DNA of 64,000 bases from Macrostomum lignano (Eukaryota). Shown here one piece after another: positions 23,018-34,617 of this stretch. The translations under genes were made by a program, and so were the position numbers. How positions within the stretch are numbered: position 1 is the first letter of the stretch; every line of letters starts with the position of its first letter. The DNA lies in assembly GCA_002269645.1 (NCBI GenBank), contig NIVC01002695.1, positions 1-64,000 on the forward strand, written 5' to 3'. The notes beneath the pieces were generated by a model. It was not told where the DNA came from. It ran no database searches and saw only the letters and a list, made by a program, of their open reading frames with translations.

Positions 23018-25339
23018 TTGTACTAACAGTTAGTGTTAGTGATGCCTTCTTCACCGATGACTATCTGTTTAATGTCAATTGGCCAGGGAATACTAAGGTC
23101 AGTCATACAAATGGCAAGTGATTTAGTCTGTGTGTATAATAATTTAACTAACTGTAATTTTGGTTATATACCTTCTCTATTTTAGAGCTTCGCCAATCCA
23201 GATATGTATGAGCAGATCACAATGAAGACAAACAACAATGAGCAATTCGTGTGCATGTTGCCTACTAAAGTTCTTCGCAAGGATGAACACGTAAGCATTA
23301 GTTTTTGTGGGAAAATTCTGTGTATATTTTTTACAAGCTAGATTGCCAAAATTGTGAGAAAAGATGCGATAATACTGCAAGAAGTGTGTACCCGTTAGGC
23401 AACTTCTCCTTGACCTTCGGTGGCCTTCACTCCCCTAAAAAACAAATTCTCTGTGCTGGTGTTACAAGGAGTACTTCAATACTCAATACAGAGGTTAATG
23501 AGTCCATAAAGTCATTTAGACTCCGGATCTGCCAGCCGCAAACGCGCACAACGAATAGCTGAGGCCGGCAGTTATTATCGCCGCTGCCGCAGCTGCCAGT
23601 CTAGCAAAATAGGCCCTGCCCAGTTCAAAGCCAACCAGAGCCGCCGCGTCTTTGTGCGGCAAATTGTGGCCAGACACGATGCCGTGAAGCATGTAGTACC
23701 AGAGCAGCGCGCAGGCGCACTCGCACACGGCCGCAGTTGTTGCAGTTGCCGAACAGATCAATGCCCGGGCTTTGCCAGACAGCTGGCACAGCAGGTTGCT
23801 GGCTAGAAGGTGCTTGGCCAGCACCAGCAGGCACAGGCTGGTAACAACAGGACCAGCTAGGCCGCAGGTCAGGCAGACCCGGTGCAACTCCGGCGTCCAC
23901 CGGCTCTTCCTCTGCCACAGATATTCGCCGTATCTATTCGGCGTTGTGTGGCATTCCAATGGCGACGCGGATACGAATAGGCCGCAACTGGTTGCTAGGC
24001 GACCGTCCTTTGTTAGCAAGTCGGGTTCGGTGTACACTAGCCAGTCTTTGTCCAGACAGCTGTACAGGCTGGCTGTCAGACTGATGCATCCGGCTGACAG
24101 CATGAGCCACATTGCGCAGCGCTGCATTTTGGTTGTGTGCAGTCCAGACCAAGTTCGAATGTTCCTGCTGCTTAGGTTTCTTCTAAAATATTTTTTCTGC
24201 TTGTCTTCTTGCTTTGTAGTAGTAAATAACTTCCAAGTGCCGGCATTGCGCTTGGCCGAATTCGCACTTACGGTCGAATCGGGGGATGACCCAGTTTTTG
24301 GAGCAGCGGAAGAACTTATATGTTTTTTTAAGATGCAGATTTTCGTGCTCTTGTCCTTGGGCCGATTTTTGAACTCAAGTAGTTGGCTGGCTACTTCCGC
24401 TCCAAGCAGAGTTTGCACTGATTGCTTGCTTGCAAAAGGCTTCAATATATAAGGTTCTCCAGTGTGTAGCGTGGGTGCCGATGCACGAGCTTTTCTGTTT
24501 GTTAACACTTCAAGAAGATTTCTTTTTTGGATATGGCTGAGATGAGATTTCAAAGGTGTCGAAGTTGAAAAATAAAACAAAAATATTGGATGATTTTGGA
24601 GACTACATCTTAATGATGGAGATTTTCGGAGATGATGCCCCAACAATGGTCGGTGATTTTGGAGATGATGCCCCAACAATGGTCGGTGATTTTGGAGATG
24701 ATGTCCCAACAATGGTCGGTGATTTGGATATTATGTCCCAACAATGATCGGTGATTTGGAGATTATGTCCCAACAATGATCGGTGATTTGGAGATGATGT
24801 CCCAACAATGATCGGTGATTTTAAAGATCATGTCCCAACGATAATCTGAGATTTTGGAGATAATTTCTTGATGCTCAGAAATTTTAGATATGATGTCTCA
24901 ATAATGGGAGATTTTGGAGATAAATTTGTAATTTATTTTAGCGGTATATCAGATTACAATGGTTGGACCTCCGCTTCGAAATCCGCAGGAAGAGGAGACC
25001 ACTGAGTCGCAGCAGTCCCCGCTGGAGCTGCTGAAGCCGCTATTTGACCAGACGGCCTGCTCTTATAAAATTGACGTGTACTGGAATTACGAATTGTGCC
25101 ACGGCAGACACGCCAGGCAATACCACGAGAGCAAGGGCCAAGGCGCTGAGACAAGTGTCACAGGATTCTACCTCGGCTATTATCGACCGCCTGATCAACA
25201 GCCTGATCAGCTGGAGCAGAAGAAGCAAAATCAACAGCCGCAAACTGTGCTGGTTGAGGGTCAGCTGCTGCCCTACTATGAGGTGACATTTACTGACGGG
25301 ACCTTGTGCGACCTTAGCGGGCAGCCTCGGCAGTCTCAG
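23018..25339 (+). CDS. ERLEC1: ER lectin ERLEC1/XTP3-B-like (OS-9 family, MRH domain), partial: three exons
   Basis: Exons 23018-23097 (..TDDYLFNVNWPGNTK), 23186-23290 (..EQITMKTNNNEQFVCMLP..) and ~24989-25339 (SPLELLKPLF..CSYKIDVYWNYELCHGRHARQYH..EGQLLPYY..GTLC), joined in phase 0. The first exon and downstream exons were not found. Confidence 0.78.
23516..24127 (-). CDS. Putative four-TM claudin/PMP22-EMP-like protein (~203 aa), nested in an ERLEC1 intron
   Basis: Four hydrophobic segments, a first loop with W..CGLF..C and a G-x-x-Y motif before TM4. The ORF is open further upstream, so the start is uncertain. Confidence 0.5.
   Translation of the reverse strand: MQRCAMWLMLSAGCISLTASLYSCLDKDWLVYTEPDLLTKDGRLATSCGLFVSASPLECHTTPNRYGEYLWQRKSRWTPELHRVCLTCGLAGPVVTSLCLLVLAKHLLASNLLCQLSGKARALICSATATTAAVCECACALLWYYMLHGIVSGHNLPHKDAAALVGFELGRAYFARLAAAAAAIITAGLSYSLCAFAAGRSGV
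24590..24925. repeat. ~33-bp tandem repeat (GAGATGATGTCCCAACAATGATCGGTGATTTTG, ~9 copies)
   Basis: Direct periodicity, with single-base length variants. Confidence 0.88.
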
Positions 25340-25484
25340 GTGAGTTTTTATTGGAGTAAATTAACGTCACCATTTTTTGAGAGATTTTTAATTCTTTTTT
25401 TCGATTTTTTGTGTGTCGAAAATTTCCATGATTATAGAATAGGACATTTTGATTAGAAAATATCAGCTTTCAATTCCAGAAAAA

Positions 25485-25745
25485 GGATTTCAATTACAGA
25501 ACATGGGGTTTCAATTTTAGAGTATTGGATCTCAATTTCAGAATGTGAGATATCCATTTTAAAATATTGGATTTCATTTCAAAGTATGGGATTTCAATTT
25601 TAGAATGTGGGATTTTAATTTCAGAGTATGGGATTTCAATTTCTGTATATGGGATTTCAATTTCAATTTCGATTTCAGAATGTGGGATTTCAATTTCAGA
25701 ATGAGGGATTTTGGTTTCAGAATGAGGGATTTCAATTTCAGAATA
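25485..25745. repeat. ~21-bp degenerate array (GGGATTTCAATTTCAGAATGT)
   Basis: Direct periodicity just downstream of the ERLEC1 exon donor. Confidence 0.75.
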
Positions 25746-27151
25746 TGCGACTAGCAATCTTCGCCCCCCGTTGGGGGACATCTGGATAGAATCTCTGCTC
25801 TCTACAGGTAACAAAAAGACAGCCAGATAAAGCCTTCTCAAAGACAACAGACAAACTGCTCAAATAAAGTGCAATGCAAAAAGAAATCATCCCAAGACAG
25901 CAAGCATCCCCCAGATAGCAAGCATCCCCCAGATTGCAAGCATCCCCCAAATAGCAAGCATCCCCCAGATAGCAAGCATCCCCCAGATAGCTAGCATTTT
26001 ATGTTCGACAGGGTGGCTCTTTCATGTTTGGCATGGTGGCTCTTTTATGTTCGACATGGTGGCTCTTCTATGGTTGACATGGTGGCTCTTTAATGTTCGA
26101 CATAGTGGCTCTTTAATGTTCGACATGGTGGCTCTTTAATATTCCCCCAGATAGCAAGCATCCCCCAGATAGCAAGCATCCCCCAAATAGGAAGCATCCC
26201 CCCTCCCAGATAGCAAGCATCCCCCAGGTAGGAAGCATTCCCCCTCCCAGATAGCAAGCATCCCCCAGATAGGAAGCATCCCCCTCCCAGATAGCAAGCA
26301 TCCCCCAGATAGCAAGCATCCCCAAATAGTAAGCATCCACCAGACAATAAGTAGCTAGTACAACAATTTCCTAAGCTCTATAGTGGCTCCTTTAAAATTG
26401 GCATGACGCTTACTTTTAAGTTTGAAATTGTGTATCTTTTATGTTTGACATGGTGGCTCTTTAATGTTTGACATGGTGGCTCTTTTATGTTCTACATGGT
26501 GGCTCTTTTATGTTTGAATCGGGGTTTTTTTAATGTCTGACATGGTGTCTCTTTAATGTTTGACATGGTGGCTCTTCAATGTTTGACATGGTGGCTCTTT
26601 TATGTTTGACATGGTGGCTCTTTAATTTTCGAAATGGTGTCTCTTTTATGTTTGACATGGTGGCTCTTTAATGTTTATCATGATGGCTCTTTTATGTTTG
26701 ACATGGAGTCACATATATGTTTGAGATGGTGGCTCTTTTATGTTTGTGGCTCTTTTGGCTCTTTTATGTTCTACATGGTAGCTCTTTTATGTTTGAATCG
26801 GGGTTTTTTTAATGTCTGACATGGTGGCTCTTTAATGTTTGACATTGTGGCTCTTTAATGTTAGACATGATGGCTCTTTAATGTTCGACATGGTGGCTCT
26901 TTAATGTTTGACATTGTGGCTCTTTAATGTTTGACATGGTGGCTCTTTTATGTTTGACACGGTGGCTCTTTAATGTTTGACGTGGAGGCTCTTTAATGTT
27001 CTTCATGGTGGCTCTTTTATGTTTGACATGGAGTCACGAATATACTTGACATGGTGACTCGTTAATGTTAGACATGGTGGCTCTTTAATGTTGGACATGG
27101 TGGCTCTTTAATGTTTGACATGGTGGCTCTTTAATGTTCGACATAATGGCT

Positions 27152-27448
27152 CATACATGCGCAACAGTCGGCCGAGTCGGCCAATCCGGCCGACCGATTT
27201 GGCGGCCAACCAAGGAAGTCGCAAAAATGCCCACCCGAAAAAATACCAAAGTAGTAGTACTAAGTAGCTGACGAGGCATTTTGGCTTAATAATACTGTTA
27301 TAGTTACTCCTGCCGTTTACCCAAAGTTGCGTTAATTTTGCTTTAGGGTTTTTTACATGTAAGTCGCATTTTTGGCCAAAAACTACGTCACATTTTTGTT
27401 AAAACTAAGTCGCACGGCTGACCGAATTTTGGAGGTTGCGCATGTATG
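27152..27448. mobile_element. 297-bp hAT-type MITE (family A), CpG-rich copy inserted in the 23-bp satellite
   Basis: Same perfect TIRs as 18759-19055 (element in opposite orientation) and perfect 8-bp TSD TAATGGCT. Confidence 0.92.
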
Positions 27449-27555
27449 TAATGGCTCTTTAATGTTAGACATGATGGCTCTTAAATGTTTGACATTTTGC
27501 TTTTTTGTGTTTAGCATTTTGTGTTTTTAAGGTGTTTTAATAAAAAAATCTTTTT

Positions 27556-27625
27556 GCACTACTAAGATTCGAACCCAGGTCGCTGCATTAGCAGTCCAGT
27601 CTGTTCGCATCTATGCTATCTCTTG
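27556..27625 (-). other. tRNA-derived (Ser-GCT-like anticodon arm) Pol III-type cassette inside the Helitron; copies also near 29998-30067, 33637-33706, 46051-46120, 53661-53730, 57723-57792
   Basis: A-box-like TAGCATAGATGC, arm CTGGA-CTGCTAA-TGCAG, T-arm CTGGG-TTCGAAT-CTTAG and a downstream T7 run. No acceptor-stem pairing. Confidence 0.6.
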
Positions 27626-28097
27626 TCAATTGGAGAACATGAATTGTGGCCCTTTTAATTCAATTCTTACAGCAAGTCGGTTAGAGTAAAAAGTTATGAC
27701 ATAATCAATTTCTCATTCAGCCAGAATCAGTCTCAATTTAAGTTAGCAATATTGTTACGCAATTTCAATCAAGTTGTGTGTGCATTTCTTCGGCACTGTT
27801 TTCAATTTGTTGTGATGCAATCCTTATCAGAATTGAAATTCAGTCAGTCAATGTTTTCTCTAGCATTCTTACAATGCATTTCAAGTCGAAAATTTTGCTT
27901 GACCTTTGCAAAAAAGCATGTTTTTCGAATATTTAATCCCTTTAATATTGAGCAATTTCTTAGCCAAGATGCATGTACCGTCCCAGGAAAATTTCTGATC
28001 GAATGGTGCAAGTTTGAAGAAAATCGGTTGAGCCGTTTTTTCTGAAATCTATCGCATAGCGAGATAGATACAGACAACTCATTTTTAGTATATAGGA

Positions 28098-30562
28098 CTA
28101 GCAATCTAGCGCCCCCCTTCGGGGTGGCCAATAAGCAAGGGACGAATCCTTTAAAATGAAATTAATTCTTAGGGAGGGGGGCTAGGAATCGAATTCTCAT
28201 TTTAATTCTGGGGCTTATGTGCTAATAAAACATGCTTGTGTAGAATTTAAAAACTGACAATTCAACCATACTTGCCTTCTTTCAAAGCAATAGCGTACTA
28301 CTTCTGTAGCGGTGCAAGCAGTACGCTCGGCAATGGCTGGAAAAGCAGCTACAGCAAAAAATATTGTTACCTAAAGGCAACACAGTTGCCTATCATGCAG
28401 AGGCATCACGTACTGGCGTTAAACACCAATTCCTTCTTCACTTTTAAAAATCACCTTATTCATGTAAAATTGTCACGGACAATGATATTTGCTATGAATC
28501 TCTTTTTTTCTGAAATTAACAAACCGACAACAAAATATAGCTTTCACAAAAATAACAGACATTCCACCTAAATAGAAAATATTTCCAAGACAGCAAGTAT
28601 CCCTCCAGATAGCAAGCACCCCCTCCAAAAGTAAGCAACAACAGATAGCAAGCATCCCTTAGTACACGTAGCAAGCTTCACCCCAGATAGCAAGCAACCT
28701 GCACATAGCAAGCATCGCAAGATACTGTAGAAGCATCCACCCAGATAGCAAGCATCTTGCAGATAGCAAGAATCTCTGAATAGCAAGCATCCCTGGATAG
28801 AAAGAATCCCATACATGTAGCCAAGCTTATCAAGTGCAGTAATCATGGTTTGCCAAGTGCAATAATCCTTGGCTTATCAAGAGCAGTAATCCTTGGTTTA
28901 TCAAGTGCAGTAATCCTTGATTTGCCAAGTACAAAAATCCTTAGCTTATTGAGAGCAATAATCCTTGGCTTATTAGGAGCAGTAATCCTTGGTTTGCCAA
29001 GTGCAATATCCCTTAGCTTATTAAGAGCGATAATTCTTGGTTTATCAAGCGCAGTAATCCTTGATTTGCCAAGCGCAGTAATCCTTGGTTTATCAAGTGC
29101 AGTAATCCTTGGTTTGCCAAGTGCAATAATCCTTAGCTTATTAAGAGCGATAATCCTTGGTTTATCAAGTGCAGTAGGTTTATCAAGTGCAGTAATCCTT
29201 GGTTTGCCAAGTGCAAAAATCCTTAGCTTATTAAGAGCAATTATCCTTGGCTTATTAAGAGCAATAATCCTGGGTTTATCAAGTGCTATAATCTTTGGTT
29301 TATCAAGTGCAGTAATCCTTGGTTTATTGAGAGCAATTATCCTTAGCTTATTTAGAGCGATAATTCTTGGTTTATCAAGTTCAGTAATCCTTGGCTTATC
29401 AAGCGCAGTAATCCTTGGTTTATTAAGAGCAATAATCCTTGGTTTATCAAGTGCAGTAATCCTTGGCTTATTAACAGCAATAATCCTTGGTTTATCAAGT
29501 GCAATAATCCTTGGTTTATCAAGTACAGTAATCCTTGGTTTATTAAGAGCAAAAATTCTTGGTTTATCAAGTGCAGTAATCCTTTGCCTATCAAGTGCAG
29601 TAATCCTTTGCCTATCAAGTGCAGTAATCCTTGATTTGCCAAGCGCAGTAATCCTTGGTTTATCAAGTGCAGTAGGTTTATCAAGTGCAGTAATCCTTGG
29701 CCTATTAAGCGAAATAATCCTTAGCTTATTATGAGAAGTAATCCTTGGCTTATTAAGAGCGATAATCCTTTGTTTATCAAGTGCAGTAATCCTTGGTTTA
29801 TTAAGAGCAATAATCCTTGGTTTATCAAGTGCAGTAATCCTTGGTTTATTAAGAGCAATAATCCTTGGTTTATCAAGTGCAGTAATCCTTGGCTAATCAA
29901 GTGCAGTAATCCCTGGTTTATCAAACACAGTAATCTAAAGGTTTTTAATTAGTCTTTTAATAAAAGCTTTCAATAAAAAAATTACATTACTACTTTTACA
30001 CTACTTAGATTCGAACCCTGGTCGCTGCATTAGCAATCCAGTCTATTCAGCTCTAGGCTAGCTCTCATTGAAGTTATAAATGAATTTGTAGCACTTATAT
30101 AATTCAACACTCACACCAAGTCAATTGAGTAAAAGTTACACAAAGCAGTTATGACATAATCAATTTCTTAGGCAAATCAGTACCAGTCTCTATTAAAGTT
30201 AGCATTGTGGTTACGCAATATAAATCAAGTATTGTGCTATGCTTCCACACTCAATCTTGTGACGCAATTCAATTGAGTGTCAAAATTCATCCAGTACACA
30301 GACAATAAATAAAAAGCCTATTGTGATGCAATCTATTTCAGAATCAGAATTCAACCAGTCAGTTTTTTCTCTAGCATTCTTACAATGCCTTTCAAGTTGA
30401 AAGAGCTGCTTGACCTTTGCAAAAAAGCATGTTTTTCGAATATTTAATCCCTTTAGCATCAAGCAATTTCTTAGCCGCGATGCATGTACTGTCACGGGAA
30501 AATTTCTGATCGAACAGTGCAAGTTCGAAGAAAATCGGTTGAGCCGTTTTTGCTAAAATCGA

Positions 30563-30604
<42 letters not shown>

Positions 30605-30629
30605 CGACAGACCATTTTTAGTATTAGGA
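28098..30629 (-). mobile_element. Helitron-like unit 2 (24-bp AAGTGCAGTAATCCTTGGTTTATC array 28830-29935; (CA)n near 5' end)
   Basis: TC start, (TG)n microsatellite, conserved AACGGCTCAACCGATTTTCTTC block, 3' hairpin CCCC-GAA-GGGG and CTAG. Confidence 0.75.
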
Positions 30630-33600
30630 CTAGCCAATTCCAACCCCCGTTGGGGCTTTCCGTCCAAACTCCAATCACAGTTTTCCCACGCAATAAAATT
30701 TCACCCCACTGAATCCCACATCCAAAGAATCCCTCATCCAAAAAATCCCCCATCTATAAAATCTCTGATGCAAAGAATCTCACATGCAAAGAATTCCCTA
30801 TCCAAAGAATCCGCCATCTAAAGAACCTCCATCGATAGAATCTACTTAATTCCCCACTCCACACAATCCACACAATTCCCCACTAAAGGAATCCTCCTAT
30901 CTGAAGAATTCCCCATCCAATGAATCGCCCATCCATAGAATCTCACATGCAAAGAATCCTATATCCAAAGAATCCTCCATTCAAAGAACCCCCATTGATA
31001 GAATCCTGATTCGAAGAATCCCCATCCAATGAATTTCCTATCCAAGGAATCCCCCATACACAGAATCCCCATCCAAAGAATCTCAAATCCAACCCTATCC
31101 AAAGAATCCCCCATCCTTCCATATCCAAAGAATCCCCATCCATCCCTATCTAAAATATCCTCATCCATCCATATCCAAAGAAACCCAAATCCATCCCTAT
31201 CCAAAGAATCCTCCCATCCATCCATATCCAAAGAATCCCAAATCCATCCCTATCTAAAGAATCCCCCATCCATCCCTATCTAAAGAATCCTCCTATTCAT
31301 CCCTATCCAGAAAAACCCGGCATCCATTCCTATCTAAAGAATCCCCCAATCCATCCATATCCAAAGAATCCCCATCTAAATAATCGACATCCAAATAATC
31401 CCCATCCACAAAATTCCCATCTAAATAATCCAAAGATTCTCAAATCCAAATTATCCCTTATCTAAAAAATCATTGACAAAATAATCCCCTCATCTAAAGA
31501 ACCCCCGTCCAAATAATCCCAATCCAAAGAATCCAAAGAAACCCCTCCAGAAAACCCCCCTCTAAAGAATCCACATCCAAATAATCCCTATTAGCAGAAA
31601 CCCCATCTAAAGAATCCAAAGAACCCCCCATCCAAAGAATCCAAAGAATCTCCCATCCAAATAGAATCCTTGGCCAAAGAATCCCCTCATCTACAGAACA
31701 CCCATCCAAATAACCCCATCTAAAGAATCCCCTCATGCAAATAATCTCCGTCCAAACAATCCAAATCCAATCCAATCCAATCCAAAAGATCCCTTTATCG
31801 GAAGAACCCTTCATCGAAAGAATCCCACATCGAAGGAAGTTCCCAATGAATCACCTATCCAAAAATATCCATCAGAAGCACCCCTCAACCAAAAATTTCC
31901 AATCCATAGAATTCCCCCAAGACTTAATATCTCAGCAATTCCCCCAAGCCTTGACACCTCAGAAATCCCCCAAGCCTTGACATCTCAGCAATTTCCCCTT
32001 AAGCTCTGACATCTCAGCGATTCCGGCGCAAGCCTTTATATCTCAGTACGCCCGTAATTCCCGCAGTTAGCCTTGAAATCCTAGCCTTGATTCTTACCAA
32101 GCCTTGAAATCTCAGTAATTCCCTTCCCCAAGACATCTCAAAAATTACCCTTAAGCCTTGACATCTTAGAAATCCCCCCCCCTAAGACTTGACATCTTAG
32201 CAATTTCTCCCCGTCTCAAGTCTTGACATCTCAGAAATTCCCCCAGTAAGCCTTTATATCTCAGTAATTCCCCCAGTAAGTCTTTATATCTCAGTAATTC
32301 CCCCCAGTAAGCCTTGCCATCTCAGCAATTCCCCTCTGTAAGACTTGACATCTAAGGAATTTCCCATTAAGCAATGAAATCTCAGTAATTCCCCCAGTAA
32401 GTCTTTATATCTCAGTAATTCCCCCCAGTAAATCTTGACATCTTAGCAATTTCTCCCAGTCAAAAGCGTTGACATCTCAGCAATTCCCCCCCCTAAGACT
32501 TGACCTCCACAGAATCCCCGTTTAAAGAATCCCTCATCCAAAGAACCCCCCATCCATCCCTATCCAAAGAACCCCAGATCCATCCCTATCCAAAGAACCC
32601 CCCATCCATCCCTATTCAAAGAATCCCCCATCCACCCCTATCCAAAGAATCCCCCTCTTAAGAATCTCCCATTCAAATAATACCCCATCAAAAGAATCCT
32701 TGGCCAAAGAATCCTCTCATCTAAAGAACCACCGTCGAAACACTCCCCATCCAAAGAATCCCCTCATAAAGAATCCCCCCCCAAATAATCTCATATCCAA
32801 AGGATCACTCTATAGAAAGAAGCCTTCATCTAAAGAATCCCCCATTCAAAGAACCCTTCATCGAAACAATAATCCCCCAACGAAGGAATTCCCAATAAAT
32901 CACTATCCAAAGATATATATTAGAAGCACCCTCCCTCATTCAAAGAATCCCCAATCCATAGAATTCCCCCCAAAGACATGACATCTCAGCAATTCGCCCT
33001 CAGGACTTAAAATCTCTGCAATTCTCTTCCCTAAGATTTTGACATCTCAGAAATTCCCCCAAGCCTTCACATCTCAGCAATTCCCCCCTTAGACTTGATA
33101 TCTCACAGATTTCCCCCTTCTAAGACTTGACATCTCAGGAATTTCCCCACCAAGCATTGACATCTCGGAAATTCCCCCAAGCCTTCACATCTCAGCAATT
33201 CCCTCCTCCCTCTAAGCCTTAAAATCTCAGCAATTCCCTCCCCCCTCTAAGCCTTGGCATCTCAGCAATTCCCTCCCCCCTCTAAGACTTGACATCTGAG
33301 GAATTTCCCCACCAAGCCTTGACATCTCAGTGATTCCCCAGTTAGCAATCTCCCCGAGCAAGCATTCCCAAAAGCAAGCGTCCTTCCGATAGCAAGCATC
33401 CCCTGATAGAAAGTACCCCCAGCAAGATTGTGAAACAATTTCGTCAGCTATTACAATAATTAATTTCTTATCTATTGGAATAGTCATTTTTAAAACTTTT
33501 CAAAATTTAAAGTTGAATAAAATTTTTGATTATACTACATGAACGCTCGTAGCTTCTTCTCTTTTACCTGATTTACTTGACATTTTTAAGGTTCCTTTAG

Positions 33601-34617
33601 CTTTCTTGAAATTAAATTTTTTAATAAAAAACTTCAACACTCTAAAAATTCGAACCCACGTCGCTGCATTAGCAGTTCAGTCTGTTTACCTCTAGGCTAG
33701 CTCTCATCGTTTTGATAACATGAATTGTAGCACTTATATATTTCAACACTTTGAAAACTCCCAGCATAGAGTAGAAATCACTCGAAGCAGTTACGACGTA
33801 ATCAATTTCTCAGGCAGTCAATATCAGTTTCAATTAATAAAGTCGACAATTGAAGTCAAGAATATGGTTACGCAATCTAAATTTAGATCTAATTGCGCTG
33901 GCTTGAATTGTGGAGTTGCGATAAGTAGGGTTTTGCGATATGAGAGAGCGTACAATGAGAATAAAGAGTAAAAAGTATAGAAATTTCTTTTTTATGCTGT
34001 GATTTTAATTTTTCAAATCTCAGCAAACAGATTATATTCTCGAACTCAGCGTTTCTAGCTCTTTCCAGCAATACAAGGCTCTCTTCTGAAAGTGAAAAAC
34101 TCGAAGCACAAACAACGGTTGGACATTCCTGCTTTAAAGCAGTCAAATTCATAAGGTGTACATTCAGCGCCAGCTACAGTGAGAGGCCTGCAAGTTGATG
34201 CATTGAAATTCACAACCAAGCCAATGCCCAGGACTCATTGAATGCCAATACCCGCCCCTCAATTCAATAACTAAAAGGTGTTGCGCAACCTTTCAACGCT
34301 TGTAGCTCTCCACGCCAGTGTAGAGAACCAATGCCATAGTTGGCAATGAGTTATGATGCAATACAATTCCATCGGCAGTCAGACTGCTTCTCAATCGGAA
34401 AGAACTGTTTGAACTTTAAAAAAACGGGGCAAAAATCGAGTTTTTCGAATATTTAATCCCGAAAAAATGAAGCAATTTCTTAGCAAAATTTTGTGTACCA
34501 GTGCACCATCAATACGCATCGAATGCAGAAAACCCCACGAAATTCGGACCACGCAAAGTCTAGTTAAACGAAGGTTCCTATAGATAGATAGATAGGTAGG
34601 TAGGTACATAGTTTTGA
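30630..34617 (-). mobile_element. Helitron-like unit 3, divergent subfamily (~15-bp CCCCATCCAAAGAAT and ~28-bp GACATCTCAGCAATTCCCC arrays)
   Basis: TC start with TAGA/TAGG microsatellite, homologous tRNA-like cassette, 3' hairpin CCCC-AAC-GGGG and CTAG. Confidence 0.65.

Larger units (their letters stand above)
25751..28097 (-). mobile_element. Non-autonomous Helitron-like unit 1 (19-bp and 23-bp internal repeats)
   Basis: Minus strand starts TCCTATATACTAAAA and ends CCCCCAACGGGGGG-CGAAGATTG-CTAG followed by T. Confidence 0.75.

Noticed and set aside
27556-27625. Functional tRNA-Ser gene
   Set aside because: The acceptor stem does not pair, the anticodon stem has a mismatch, the long variable arm is absent, and it is embedded in a repeated element. 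Kept only as a tRNA-derived cassette.
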